Made by a program: the position numbers and the translations under genes. This document shows positions 7,942-16,181 of a stretch of 24,000 nucleotides of DNA, one piece after another. A model generated the notes under the pieces. That model was given only the letters and a program-made list of their open reading frames with translations. It ran no database searches and was not told the origin of the DNA. This DNA comes from an uncultured Gammaproteobacteria bacterium (GTDB taxonomy: Bacteria; Cyanobacteriota; Vampirovibrionia; Gastranaerophilales; Gastranaerophilaceae): positions 15,669 through 39,668 of the forward strand of contig CAZYYK010000002.1 in NCBI GenBank assembly GCA_964651135.1, read 5' to 3'. The stretch's first letter is position 1, and each line of letters opens with the position of its first letter.

Positions 7942-9221
7942 CAGAAAATACCATCTCCATATTTCTCCCTTAGCTCCATTAAGTCTTGCTCTTCATTCGC
8001 TCTAATATCTTCATTGGTGCTATCCCTTTTGGGAATGAATGTAAAGATACCTTTATCTGGATTCCACGCATAGCGTACAGTCTCCCCAGAAGAGCCATCA
8101 CGATTCTTAATAGGGGTAATTTCCATTGCCCCATCTCTTTGTCTAATGGCTATTACTTTACTTGCATTAAAGGCAAGACCATCGCTATCTCTGATATCCT
8201 CTAATTCAGGATGTCCATCTTCATCCTTCTTCTTTGCCCCACCTCGGTTAGTTTGTACTGCTACAAGTACTGGCACTTGCAATTCTACTGATAGAGCCAT
8301 CAAATCCTCTGAGATGTTGGTTAGAGTAATGGTTTTTGTATCCCCTCTGTTGTATCTCTCATCTCGAATATAGGAAACTCCATCCATTACAATGATGTCT
8401 AACTTGTGAAACTTTGCCCATTGCTTAATCTTGGTTACTGTTACTTTGTTTCCAAAATCTCTGGGGGTGGAAACATAGAAGTGACCTTCCTTTTCCTTCA
8501 GTTCTTTGATGTATTGTTCATACCCCTCTTGTAGCTCTCCTCTAATCAATCCTGAGTTAGAGAAATTTCTATAGGTTGTATCAAATCGATATCCCACTCT
8601 CTCCCCACTCATTTCTGGAGAAATAAATCCAACCGTGTAACCCATTTCCCATGCACTGGTTAGGGTTTTGATAAGGAAGTAAGATTTCCCTTCCCCAGTT
8701 CTTGCTGTGACTACTGCATATTCTTCTCCTTTGTGCCACCCATTAATTAGATAATCTAATTCCTTAAACCCTGAGGGAATGTAGGTGGGGTTCTCTGACC
8801 TAAACAGCAATGAGTTAAGTCTCTTCTCTGCTTCTTTAATTAGGTCATGGGAATTGATGCTGTAGGTAGGATTAAACTTATCTAAGTTAGTTTTAAGAAA
8901 GTCTACTGCTGCATTCGAGTCATCTACAAAAAGCTTAAATGTTTTCTCTAAGACAGGTCTTAGTTCATTGTAAAGATTCTCTTCTCTGATTCTATCCACT
9001 AAATACTGCCTACCTTCTTTTGTTTCCACTAAAGGAAATTCGGGGAATTTTTCTAAGAAGGTTGCTTTGTCTGGAACGTTATTATATTTTTCATTGTGTT
9101 TTACAATGAATTGGTATTCTTCATTATGCTTAGGGAAGTATTCAGAACTAAGGTCAAAATCCTCTATAATTGAAAAATCTTTTTCATCTAATATTTTATT
9201 TAGAATTTGAATTTCAATCAT
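7941..9221 (-). CDS. dnaB: replicative DNA helicase (DnaB family)
   Basis: The ORF has Walker A VVTARTGEGKSYFL, GFISPEMS, Walker B-like DIIVMDGVSYI and QTNRGG. Its 426-aa size and N-terminal helical domain are typical of DnaB. Confidence 0.88.
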   Translation of the reverse strand: MIEIQILNKILDEKDFSIIEDFDLSSEYFPKHNEEYQFIVKHNEKYNNVPDKATFLEKFPEFPLVETKEGRQYLVDRIREENLYNELRPVLEKTFKLFVDDSNAAVDFLKTNLDKFNPTYSINSHDLIKEAEKRLNSLLFRSENPTYIPSGFKELDYLINGWHKGEEYAVVTARTGEGKSYFLIKTLTSAWEMGYTVGFISPEMSGERVGYRFDTTYRNFSNSGLIRGELQEGYEQYIKELKEKEGHFYVSTPRDFGNKVTVTKIKQWAKFHKLDIIVMDGVSYIRDERYNRGDTKTITLTNISEDLMALSVELQVPVLVAVQTNRGGAKKKDEDGHPELEDIRDSDGLAFNASKVIAIRQRDGAMEITPIKNRDGSSGETVRYAWNPDKGIFTFIPKRDSTNEDIRANEEQDLMELREKYGDGIF

Positions 9222-9871
9222 CTTCTGTCACTTCCTTTCAGTTCAATGATTTCACAAGAGCCTAAGATTCTGCTGGTAAGTCTATCCCCTAATTCATATT
9301 TTAATCTCTTGGGGTCTATGTTGCTTGTGTAGATAGATGTTTTTTTTGACAATACTCTGGAATCCACAATAGATAAGATTAGAGATAAATCATACCCATC
9401 TATTTTTAATTTATTTGCCCCAATATCATCAAATACTACTACATCTAAATTAGCTAAACCTTCTTTCAACCCACTCATATCTTCTTTAGAGTTAAAGCTA
9501 TCGTGGATTTGATTAATCAGAAGAGGCACATGAACGAAATACCCCCTCTTAACTAATCCATTTCCTGCCCAGATAGAATCAAAATAACGAAGGAGCATCT
9601 TAATTGCAATGGATGTTTTCCCTGTACCTGTAGTCTTTCCCCAGATATAAATGTTATCGCCATTTTTTACATGATCTACAATATTCTCTCTCCACTCATT
9701 AGCTTTCTTGTAAGATTCTACATCAATCTTATCTGGGTATATGGGGTTGTTTGTGTATCTGGATTCTGGTATCCCTGAATTATCTAAGAGATACATCATC
9801 TCCAAATACCTTACACATCCTTGGTTGCATTCTTCTTTCTGCCCGTAGAAAGGGCAGACTGATTTATACAC
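9218..9871 (-). CDS. AAA+ helicase loader (DnaC/DnaI/IstB-like)
   Basis: The ORF has Walker A IWGKTTGTGKTSIAI, Walker B VVVFDDIG and the N-terminal Cys motif CPFYGQKEECNQGC. It is translationally coupled to the helicase gene and starts at GTG. Confidence 0.7.
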   Translation of the reverse strand: MYKSVCPFYGQKEECNQGCVRYLEMMYLLDNSGIPESRYTNNPIYPDKIDVESYKKANEWRENIVDHVKNGDNIYIWGKTTGTGKTSIAIKMLLRYFDSIWAGNGLVKRGYFVHVPLLINQIHDSFNSKEDMSGLKEGLANLDVVVFDDIGANKLKIDGYDLSLILSIVDSRVLSKKTSIYTSNIDPKRLKYELGDRLTSRILGSCEIIELKGSDRR

Positions 9872-9936
9872 ACATCTTTCTCTGTCAAAAGGTTTAATGA
9901 CTCATCACTCCTTCCTTTCATTGTGACAGAAATATC

Positions 9937-10287
9937 TTACTGGTTGCCCTCCATTTCTTCATAGGCATCCATAATATCATAAGCTATTTGAGCTATGGTG
10001 TTGATAGCATACATTGCTTCATCTCGAGTTTTACAGTCCATTCTCAAGTTAACTTCAAGTTTACTTCCACATAGGAAATAAAATCTGGCTTCCTTTTGCT
10101 CTCCTTCTTCTTCCATTTGTAGAATGTGCTCCACACACTCATCAATATCTTCCACCACTGCCATCACATCCTTTACTTTGCGAAAATTTTTGGAGTCGAA
10201 ATATTGCTCACTCCTATATATCTCTGCACAAAAGATAATGGGGGTGTCGCCATTCATTCCGTATAGGTGTAACTTTTGATTGTCCAT
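9937..10287 (-). CDS. hypothetical protein
   Basis: I trimmed the track ORF 9937..10341 to the internal ATG at 10287. That ATG follows AAAGGAGAAAAGAA and lies downstream of the upstream gene's stop at 10302. The product is 116 aa. Confidence 0.5.
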   Translation of the reverse strand: MDNQKLHLYGMNGDTPIIFCAEIYRSEQYFDSKNFRKVKDVMAVVEDIDECVEHILQMEEEGEQKEARFYFLCGSKLEVNLRMDCKTRDEAMYAINTIAQIAYDIMDAYEEMEGNQ

Positions 10288-10301
10288 TTCTTTTCTCCTT
10301 T

Positions 10302-10598
10302 CTAATAGTCCGTATCTTCTACTACGTGTCTTGGTATGCAATCATCTTCTGTGCAATAGTTTCCCTGGATTCTTTTTTCAATCTCTAAATAGGGGATAAA
10401 GAGCTGATTATTCTCCAAGATTAGTTCTTTAACTTTCGCCTGTCCATCCTCTCTTACATACATTTTCATTTGTGTATCCCATCTGTACCCTAAAGAGTGC
10501 AGATATTGACTTGCATCCATTTCTGTTAGATAGGCTCTATGCTCCACATGACCTTCTTCGTTACCCTTCTCATAACAAATAACTACATAGATGTTCAT
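10302..10598 (-). CDS. hypothetical protein
   Basis: This 98-aa ORF is the first gene downstream of the promoter at 10664..10692. No motif was recognised. Confidence 0.5.
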   Translation of the reverse strand: MNIYVVICYEKGNEEGHVEHRAYLTEMDASQYLHSLGYRWDTQMKMYVREDGQAKVKELILENNQLFIPYLEIEKRIQGNYCTEDDCIPRHVVEDTDY

Positions 10599-10663
10599 TC
10601 CTTTTATTTTTTCCTCCTACATTTATTCAGCAAGGAGGGTGTCTCCCTCCTCACTGTATCTAT

Positions 10664-10692
10664 AGTGTACCACATATTTTCTTTCTTGTCAA
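10664..10692 (-). promoter_or_regulatory. sigma-A-type promoter (early-promoter family)
   Basis: The minus strand reads TTGACA (10692..10687), a 17-nt spacer AGAAAGAAAATATGTGG, then TACACT (10669..10664). It is near-identical to the promoter at 15495..15523 from -35 through about +10. A 7-bp GC hairpin (AGGAGGG/CCCTCCT, about 10633-10651) follows. Confidence 0.55.
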
Positions 10693-10730
10693 GTTTTTTA
10701 TCTGCTTCGTTACAAATATTAAGTGTACCA

Positions 10731-11993
10731 TTAAAAGATGCTTGGAATGGTTTTTGCTTGTATAATCCATGACTTCCTCCCACTAATCCTAGTCATATTA
10801 GCCATTTTAGGTGTCTTCATTCCTTTTGGTGCACTACTAAAATCAATTTTGTTTCCTTCTATGTCCATTAATATTGCATATCCAGTGGACATTCTACCTT
10901 TGATAAAATACTCATTGCCTAAATATTTCACCTTGTCAAATTTCCTAAATCCTTGTATTTTACCTGTAGGTATTCTTTGTTGACTTCTAACCCCCTTTGT
11001 TTGTTGGTAATCACCTTTAGGTATACACTTTTTTAATATTACTATATCTGATTTAAACCTAATATCTTTTCCTTGACTAGCAATCACCACAGCATCCATA
11101 TAATGTTCCTTTGGTAAGCCTATTACCTGTCTATGTTCTTTTGTGATAAAGCCAAAGGTTTCTTCTGCTTGTGGCAGTCGTCGGAGTAACTGTATTCTTA
11201 TGCTATTCATTTGGGTGGCATGTTTCAAATGTCCTTTAACTTTACCACCTTTTAGTACTATATCTCCCTTGTGCGCATGATCATGGCAAGTCTTACATAG
11301 TGTCATTAGGTTTTCTTGTTCATCTGAACCACCATCTTTCCTAAATACAATATGATGCACTTCTAATTTCTTTTCCTTGCTTTTACCTTTACAATTTTGG
11401 CAAGTATGATTATCTCTAGCTAAAACATATGCCTTAGTATTGGCAAACCCGTAGTTAATACCTCTTTGATACAACCACTTGTTTTTCAACACACTTGGAT
11501 TTTTCAAGGCATGAGGGTCAAATGTAGCAGTCTCTATTATTATTTTAGTTATGGGTAAAATAGTTTTAACAAAGTTAATCTCTTTCATATGACTGTCAAT
11601 TTTACTAATCATAGTTGGAGAGAATCTATCTATTTTAATACTGCTCTTTCTATTTAACCATCTTGGTTTCCTATATCTGGTCTTTCTACTCCTTCTATTC
11701 CTACGATATTTTGATCTCTGTGTCATTTTGTCTGATATGTCATTCCTAATTTCTACTTCTGATATATAGACAACTTCTTTCTTATCATTTACAACAGCAC
11801 TACCTATTTTACTACTTCCAGTATCTATTCCCAAAGTTAATTCTTGTGTATAATCAGTAGCCTCATAGAGTAACTTAATTGTAAATGGATTTCTTTTAAT
11901 ACATTTTGCCTTGGCTTGTTTTAATAATAATCTTGCTATTACTGGACTACAAGGCATTAAAGCTTTGTTTTCAGTTGATATTACATAAACCAT
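10731..11993 (-). CDS. iscB: IscB RNA-guided nuclease (RuvC split by HNH, Cas9-ancestor family)
   Basis: The 420-aa ORF carries, in order: a PLMP-like N-terminus (NKALMPCSP), RuvC-I LGIDTGSSKIGSAV and the Arg-rich bridge helix RSKYRRNRRSRKTRYRKPRW. These are followed by RuvC-II IIETATFD, HNH CQNC...LEVHHIVFRKDGGSDEQENLMTLCKTCHDHAH and RuvC-III EHYMDAVVIA. The C-terminus reads GFRKFDKVKYLGNEYFIKGRMSTGY. The RBS is AGGAGG, 7 nt before the ATG. Confidence 0.9.
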   Translation of the reverse strand: MVYVISTENKALMPCSPVIARLLLKQAKAKCIKRNPFTIKLLYEATDYTQELTLGIDTGSSKIGSAVVNDKKEVVYISEVEIRNDISDKMTQRSKYRRNRRSRKTRYRKPRWLNRKSSIKIDRFSPTMISKIDSHMKEINFVKTILPITKIIIETATFDPHALKNPSVLKNKWLYQRGINYGFANTKAYVLARDNHTCQNCKGKSKEKKLEVHHIVFRKDGGSDEQENLMTLCKTCHDHAHKGDIVLKGGKVKGHLKHATQMNSIRIQLLRRLPQAEETFGFITKEHRQVIGLPKEHYMDAVVIASQGKDIRFKSDIVILKKCIPKGDYQQTKGVRSQQRIPTGKIQGFRKFDKVKYLGNEYFIKGRMSTGYAILMDIEGNKIDFSSAPKGMKTPKMANMTRISGRKSWIIQAKTIPSIF

Positions 11994-12275
11994 AAATTAG
12001 CCTCCTAATAAATGCTCTACTATAAAGTAGGTTATGCGTATCTTATTACTTTGACCATAACAAGAATCCGTCCTCACTTCGATAATGATAAAATAGCTTA
12101 CATATATATTACACCGAGCCTTTCCATCAACTCTTCTTAATAATATATGACAGGGCAACAATCTAGTGCGTCAATTGAAGGTGTCATAACTATTCTATCG
12201 TAGCTAGTGTTTCTACTAGCTTAATCTGGTGAACTCAGGCTTTTGAAGCCACTACCCTTTAGGGTAGTTGGTAGT
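11994..12275 (-). ncRNA. candidate omega RNA (HEARO-type) of the IscB element
   Basis: This 282-nt ORF-free interval lies immediately 5' of iscB on the same strand, the canonical omega RNA location. It contains a dense set of hairpins. One is a 9-bp stem with one bulge at 12249-12271 (CCAACUACCC/GGGUAGUGG on the RNA strand). Others are GGCUU/AAGCC at 12238-12250, AGCUAGU/ACUAGCU at 12202-12221 and UAUGACA/UGUCAUA at 12146-12152 with 12182-12188. No covariance model was run. Confidence 0.6.
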
Positions 12276-14624
12276 TCACCTGATAGGGCATACTCCAGAT
12301 GCACATTCAGGGTCAGACTCTATATCTAGTTCTAAATCTTCAAACTCCTCCTCATTCTTTTCATACTTCTGAATTAGGTTGGGGTTAAAAGGTTTCAGCC
12401 CTTTCTTCATCTCTTTATATTCTTCTTCTGAGATAGCTTCATAAGGCATGAGCTGGTAGAATCCTCCATCATCTGGTAAGAAGGAAATCCCCACATAACT
12501 ATCCCAATTATTCCATAGCCACTCCTCTACATCATCCCACTCATCTGGTTTTACAGTCACCGTGATGGATGTATTTTGGTCTGTGTAGAAATCTTGGAAC
12601 ATCTTATAGGTTTCTAATTGCTCTACAGCTGTGAAGGAAGATTTGGTTCTTGTTACCCCACTTTCCACAGGGAATTCTACTACTTTGGTATTTACATTTT
12701 CCCCTTCTTGCCCTACTTCATTCTTAACTACCCAACCCAATTCCTCACAAACTTTGACAAGAGGGTCAGATGCAGAAATTCTGATTCTTCTGATAAAGAA
12801 GGGGGCGTGAGATGCATGGACTCCCGGGCTTACCCCTCCAAAAATCAAACCTAAAGTACCGTTGGGGGCTACAGTGGTAACATTGGTGGATTCATTTAGG
12901 TTATGGGTCTTGGCAATCTCTTTGTTAGCTTTATGAGCTACTTCTCTAAGTGAGGTGAGAATCTTTTCTTGTTCCTCTTTTGTAATGTTCGTTCGCTCTA
13001 CAAAATCTTTCCATCCAGTGATTCCACATCCAGTGAGTCTGTGTTCTTTTTGTACCCTATCCCATGTTGGTAGTTCAAGGTCTACCAACGTCATTCTATA
13101 TCCAGCTCTGGCTGATAGTTCCTGTGCCCTCTTAATTTTCTCTAAATCATAACCACCTTTCTCATCTACAAAAGAAGAGATGTTCAGGGAAGTGAGGTTG
13201 CAACATTGTCTGGACTTCAATAAGATTTCTCCACAAGCATTGGTTCCAGCAAACTCAGGGAATCTTTTTCTGGCTGCTTCCCCATTAATGATTCCCGGCT
13301 CTGCTGACAGTACCATAGTTTGGATAATGTCTTTTAGTTTTTCTCTGGTAGGTTTCTCATCAAATATAATACTGTTGTTTGACATCATTCTATGTAGTAG
13401 TTCTTCATTGGCTTTCCATTCCCCTTTCTTTTCATCTACCACATAGATATTGTCTTTGGCATGAATCATTTCTTCGTCATCTGGGTCAATAAAAGAGATA
13501 CAAGCACTTCTTCTTACTGCTCCTGATACTACATTCTCTGCAATGGAAGTACAGATATCCATTACATCAATGGGTTTTAATCTTCCCCCACTTTTAGTAA
13601 TGACTTTGTGAATCTTGTTGAACATCTTTTGGAGAGGCTTACTTCCACTGGCAAATCCACCAAACTTCATTAGTCTTTCTCCAGCAGGTCTTACATAATC
13701 ATAGTCAATGATAATGGTGTCAATAATTTTGTAAGCGTGCTGGGTATGAATTTCCATGAAGAAATCTAAGGCTTTGTGGAATCCTTCTTTGCTATCACCA
13801 ATGGTTAAGGTGGCTATATTCTTGTCTACAGTAAGCTGTGTGACATCCTCTCTGTCTTTCTTCTCTACAAAAGTCCATTGCTTATTAACTAAAAAAATGT
13901 CTGTGCGGAACTCTGGTAGTTTGTTGACGTATTTCTTTTGTGCCCCAATACCAATCCCCACTCCCAACATGAGAACATAGAACATCTCTCCAAAAATATA
14001 GATATCATCTACTGCTGTAAAAGAGCAGTTGAAGTTTTGTAAGGAAGATATTTTGGAGACTGGGCTCCCACCTGTGAATAGAGTTCTCCCACTAAGCTGT
14101 TGTCTACCATGATAAATGTTGTCAAACAACTCTTCTGCTTCTTCTTTTGTGCTGTAGGGAGAAAGGCTAATATTATAATCAACTGCTCTGGCAATGGATT
14201 CCCAGAATCTTTCTCTTCTCCCCTCTTCAGGAAGGTATCTACTATACGTTCTGTAGAAGGTGAAGCTAGCTACTTCATTGAGGGGGTCAGGAAGATGTTT
14301 ATACTTACTAAGAAACTCTTCACTAAGGAATTTGTATTTCTTTTCCTTCCCCACTTTTCTTAATCGATTCTTTTTAGAACGATACTCGATATAGTTCTTG
14401 GCTGTTTTGTAGAATCCTCCTGCCATTAACTTCTGCTCTACGAAGTCATGGATGTCGTTAACGGAAGGTAAGCCCATTTCTTTGCAATCTTTCTCTACTT
14501 CTTTGGCAATTCCTTTTATTTTGTCGGCATCTATCTCTTCTACATCTGCTGAAATGATGGCATTTACGATTTTATCTTTGTCAAACTTTTCGGTCTTTCC
14601 ATTTCTTTTTAGTACTTCTAACAC
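12276..14624 (-). CDS. nrdJ: class II (adenosylcobalamin-type) ribonucleotide reductase with N-terminal ATP-cone
   Basis: The ORF is 782 aa. Its N-terminus VLKRNGKTEKFDKDKIVNAI is ATP-cone-like. The active-site motif is TNACGEILL (class II NPCGEI type). The C-terminal redox pair is CASGVCPIR. No nrdB/F partner is nearby. The start is GTG at 14624..14622 after AAAGGAG. Confidence 0.8.
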   Translation of the reverse strand: MLEVLKRNGKTEKFDKDKIVNAIISADVEEIDADKIKGIAKEVEKDCKEMGLPSVNDIHDFVEQKLMAGGFYKTAKNYIEYRSKKNRLRKVGKEKKYKFLSEEFLSKYKHLPDPLNEVASFTFYRTYSRYLPEEGRRERFWESIARAVDYNISLSPYSTKEEAEELFDNIYHGRQQLSGRTLFTGGSPVSKISSLQNFNCSFTAVDDIYIFGEMFYVLMLGVGIGIGAQKKYVNKLPEFRTDIFLVNKQWTFVEKKDREDVTQLTVDKNIATLTIGDSKEGFHKALDFFMEIHTQHAYKIIDTIIIDYDYVRPAGERLMKFGGFASGSKPLQKMFNKIHKVITKSGGRLKPIDVMDICTSIAENVVSGAVRRSACISFIDPDDEEMIHAKDNIYVVDEKKGEWKANEELLHRMMSNNSIIFDEKPTREKLKDIIQTMVLSAEPGIINGEAARKRFPEFAGTNACGEILLKSRQCCNLTSLNISSFVDEKGGYDLEKIKRAQELSARAGYRMTLVDLELPTWDRVQKEHRLTGCGITGWKDFVERTNITKEEQEKILTSLREVAHKANKEIAKTHNLNESTNVTTVAPNGTLGLIFGGVSPGVHASHAPFFIRRIRISASDPLVKVCEELGWVVKNEVGQEGENVNTKVVEFPVESGVTRTKSSFTAVEQLETYKMFQDFYTDQNTSITVTVKPDEWDDVEEWLWNNWDSYVGISFLPDDGGFYQLMPYEAISEEEYKEMKKGLKPFNPNLIQKYEKNEEEFEDLELDIESDPECASGVCPIR

Positions 14625-14680
14625 CCTACCAACTCCTTTGATAATTTAGTGATAATTTTTTATTACCCCTATTAGGTAGC

Positions 14681-14707
14681 AAAAGGAACCCCCGTTAAGG
14701 GATTCCT
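14681..14707 (-). terminator. rho-independent terminator ending the 15450..14729 operon
   Basis: The minus-strand RNA folds as AGGAAUCCC-UUAAC-GGGGGUUCCU followed by UUUU. The 9-bp stem includes a U-G pair that only forms in the minus-strand transcript. Confidence 0.6.
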
Positions 14708-14728
14708 CTGCTATTTCTACTATTCTCC

Positions 14729-15253
14729 CTACAGTTCTGGGAGACCTTCTGCTACATCACTTTCTTCTGTGATGTTTTCTTCTTCTGTGATGTTTTCTTC
14801 TTCTGGGTTTGGAGGAAACTCCTCTTCGCCCATCATATCCATAATTTCTTGTGCGGTACTTTCATCTACCATTTCATCTTCTGGTTCTCCTTCCTCGTCA
14901 AACCCTTCAATCTGGTTCATAAGTCTTTGCATCACTTCAAATCCATTTAGACCATCTGGGAAGATTTCTTCTACTGTCTTTTCTCCTCCCACATTCTTCT
15001 TAGCAAACTTGCATAGCTCATGGATATTGATATCTCTGGTTTGCATCTGTAGTAGGTTTCTAAAGGACATGAGAAGAACCTTGGCTACGCTCTCTGTCAT
15101 TCCTGAAGCCATTCTATGGGTACCATTCTCTGTCGTTACATCCAACCAGTATCTGCCTTCATCCCTATCAACTCTGATGCAATGAATCTTTTCTGCAATA
15201 ACTACAAACTCATGGTTGTAGGAGGTGATATAGGTTTTCATTTCTTCTCCCAT
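14729..15253 (-). CDS. hypothetical protein with strongly acidic C-terminal half
   Basis: The 174-aa ORF has a C-terminus reading FDEEGEPEDEMVDES...EEEFPPNPEEENITEEENITEESDVAEGLPEL. It belongs to the early operon driven by the promoter at 15495..15536. Confidence 0.55.
   Translation of the reverse strand: MGEEMKTYITSYNHEFVVIAEKIHCIRVDRDEGRYWLDVTTENGTHRMASGMTESVAKVLLMSFRNLLQMQTRDINIHELCKFAKKNVGGEKTVEEIFPDGLNGFEVMQRLMNQIEGFDEEGEPEDEMVDESTAQEIMDMMGEEEFPPNPEEENITEEENITEESDVAEGLPEL
14762..14805. repeat. 18-bp tandem repeat TTCTTCTGTGATGTTTTC, about 2.4 copies
   Basis: Perfect copies lie at 14762-14779 and 14780-14797, followed by a partial copy. They encode the EENITE repeats of the acidic protein. 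Confidence 0.9.
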
Positions 15254-15255
15254 CT

Positions 15256-15450
15256 CTACACCGTTCCCAGTTTGTCAGAATGTACCTTCATGACTTCTTT
15301 TACTACTCGAGAAGTAACTTCTTCAATCACTTCTTTCAGATTGTCTTTATCTTCTACTACTACAACTTCTTTGTATTCAGCTCCAAAATAATCCTGATTA
15401 TTCTTTAGAGTAATTTTTGTGCTGAACTCTAACTCTTTTACCTTTGCCAT
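15256..15450 (-). CDS. hypothetical small protein
   Basis: I trimmed the track ORF 15256..15504. Its GTG start lies inside the promoter spacer. The ATG at 15450 (MAKVKELEF...) sits 8 nt after GAGGAG. The product is 64 aa. Confidence 0.5.
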   Translation of the reverse strand: MAKVKELEFSTKITLKNNQDYFGAEYKEVVVVEDKDNLKEVIEEVTSRVVKEVMKVHSDKLGTV

Positions 15451-15494
15451 TATTTTCTCTCCTCTCTTTCTTCTGTATTTCTTACGGTATACAT

Positions 15495-15536
15495 AGTGTA
15501 TCACATATTTTATCTTTTGTCAACTTTAAGTGGTGT
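15495..15536 (-). promoter_or_regulatory. sigma-A-type promoter with upstream ACACCACT box
   Basis: The minus strand reads ACACCACT (15536..15529), TAAAG, TTGACA (15523..15518), a 17-nt spacer AAAGATAAAATATGTGA, then TACACT (15500..15495). Confidence 0.6.
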
Positions 15537-15568
15537 GCTTGTACTTTACAATATTTTACAATTATTGA

Positions 15569-16048
15569 CTAAATTCCTAAGCGATTCAGTCTCTTTATCT
15601 TTTCCTCCTTCTCTGGGTCATCTATCTTGATATCAAACACTCCTCTCTTTAACCACTTCCTGAATTTCACTATCATGTGAACTTGGTCTCTTCTAAACCA
15701 TCTTCCTTTGATTCCTTTAGCATTATAGTTCCTGTAGTAGAAGGGGAGCTGGGGAGTGGTCTCAGGTTTCCAATACTCAGGGTTCTCGTACCAATTATAG
15801 TAATGCTTGAATCTTGTCATAGAGATTCCTGTTAGATTGGGTATGTGCCAGTGAGCGATAATAGGGAAACCAATTCTGGGTACTCTCTTGTTCATCTCCA
15901 TCCACTCAATTAGAACCTGATAATCTAAGGGTAAATCTGTATAGGGTCTTTCTAAGGATTGATTGATGACTGTATGGCTTACTGTTTTCTTTCCCTCTAC
16001 CTCATCTACCAAATCCCGTAGAAACTTTTTTACTAATTCATTCTCCAT
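15569..16048 (-). CDS. hypothetical protein (Trp/Tyr/Arg-rich)
   Basis: This 159-aa ORF has the RBS AAAGGAGGGGA before the ATG at 16048 and its own promoter at 16073..16116. No motif was recognised. Confidence 0.55.
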   Translation of the reverse strand: MENELVKKFLRDLVDEVEGKKTVSHTVINQSLERPYTDLPLDYQVLIEWMEMNKRVPRIGFPIIAHWHIPNLTGISMTRFKHYYNWYENPEYWKPETTPQLPFYYRNYNAKGIKGRWFRRDQVHMIVKFRKWLKRGVFDIKIDDPEKEEKIKRLNRLGI

Positions 16049-16072
16049 CTTCTCCCCTCCTTTTCTGTTTAT

Positions 16073-16116
16073 AGAATATCATATCTATTCAGGAAATGCA
16101 ACCCTAAAAGTGGTGG
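16073..16116 (-). promoter_or_regulatory. candidate sigma-A-type promoter with CCACCACT box
   Basis: The minus strand reads CCACCACT (16116..16109), 7 nt, TTGCAT (16101..16096), a 17-nt spacer, then TATTCT (16078..16073). It is divergent from the promoter at 16133. Confidence 0.45.
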
Positions 16117-16132
16117 ATGAGTATTTTCTTTT

Positions 16133-16175
16133 ACACCACTTCTAAATTGCTTTTCAGTTTATTTGTTTGTATAAT
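16133..16175 (+). promoter_or_regulatory. sigma-A-type promoter with ACACCACT box
   Basis: The sequence reads ACACCACT (16133-16140), 6 nt, TTGCTT (16147-16152), a 17-nt spacer, then TATAAT (16170-16175). Confidence 0.55.
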
Positions 16176-16181
16176 AAAGGC

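Larger units (their letters stand above)
10700..12275 (-). mobile_element. IscB-only IS200/IS605-like (OMEGA) element, no tnpA; ends approximate
   Basis: The iscB ORF and its upstream structured non-coding region fill the interval between the nrdJ stop (12278..12276) and the -35 of the promoter at 10692. No Y1 transposase ORF is present in the window. The boundaries are inferred, not demonstrated. Confidence 0.5.

Noticed and set aside
10288-10341. N-terminal extension of track ORF 9937..10341 overlapping the upstream gene by 40 nt
   Set aside because: The internal ATG at 10287 follows a good RBS and removes the long overlap. The extension is Arg-rich low-complexity sequence.
10731-11993. 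The ORF considered as an ordinary free-standing HNH homing endonuclease
   Set aside because: The HNH motif is embedded between clear RuvC-I/II and RuvC-III motifs, with an Arg-rich bridge helix and a PLMP-like N-terminus. That is the IscB architecture rather than a simple HNH.
14625-14680. Search for a promoter and NrdR boxes directly upstream of nrdJ
   Set aside because: Only weak hexamers were found, with no good -35/-10 pair at 16-18 nt spacing, and no convincing palindrome. nrdJ may depend on terminator read-through or on a promoter type I cannot recognise.
15451-15504. N-terminal extension of track ORF 15256..15504 (GTG start, MIHYVYRKKYRRKRGEKI)
   Set aside because: The GTG lies inside the promoter spacer, upstream of the predicted transcription start. 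The internal ATG at 15450 has a proper GAGGAG RBS.
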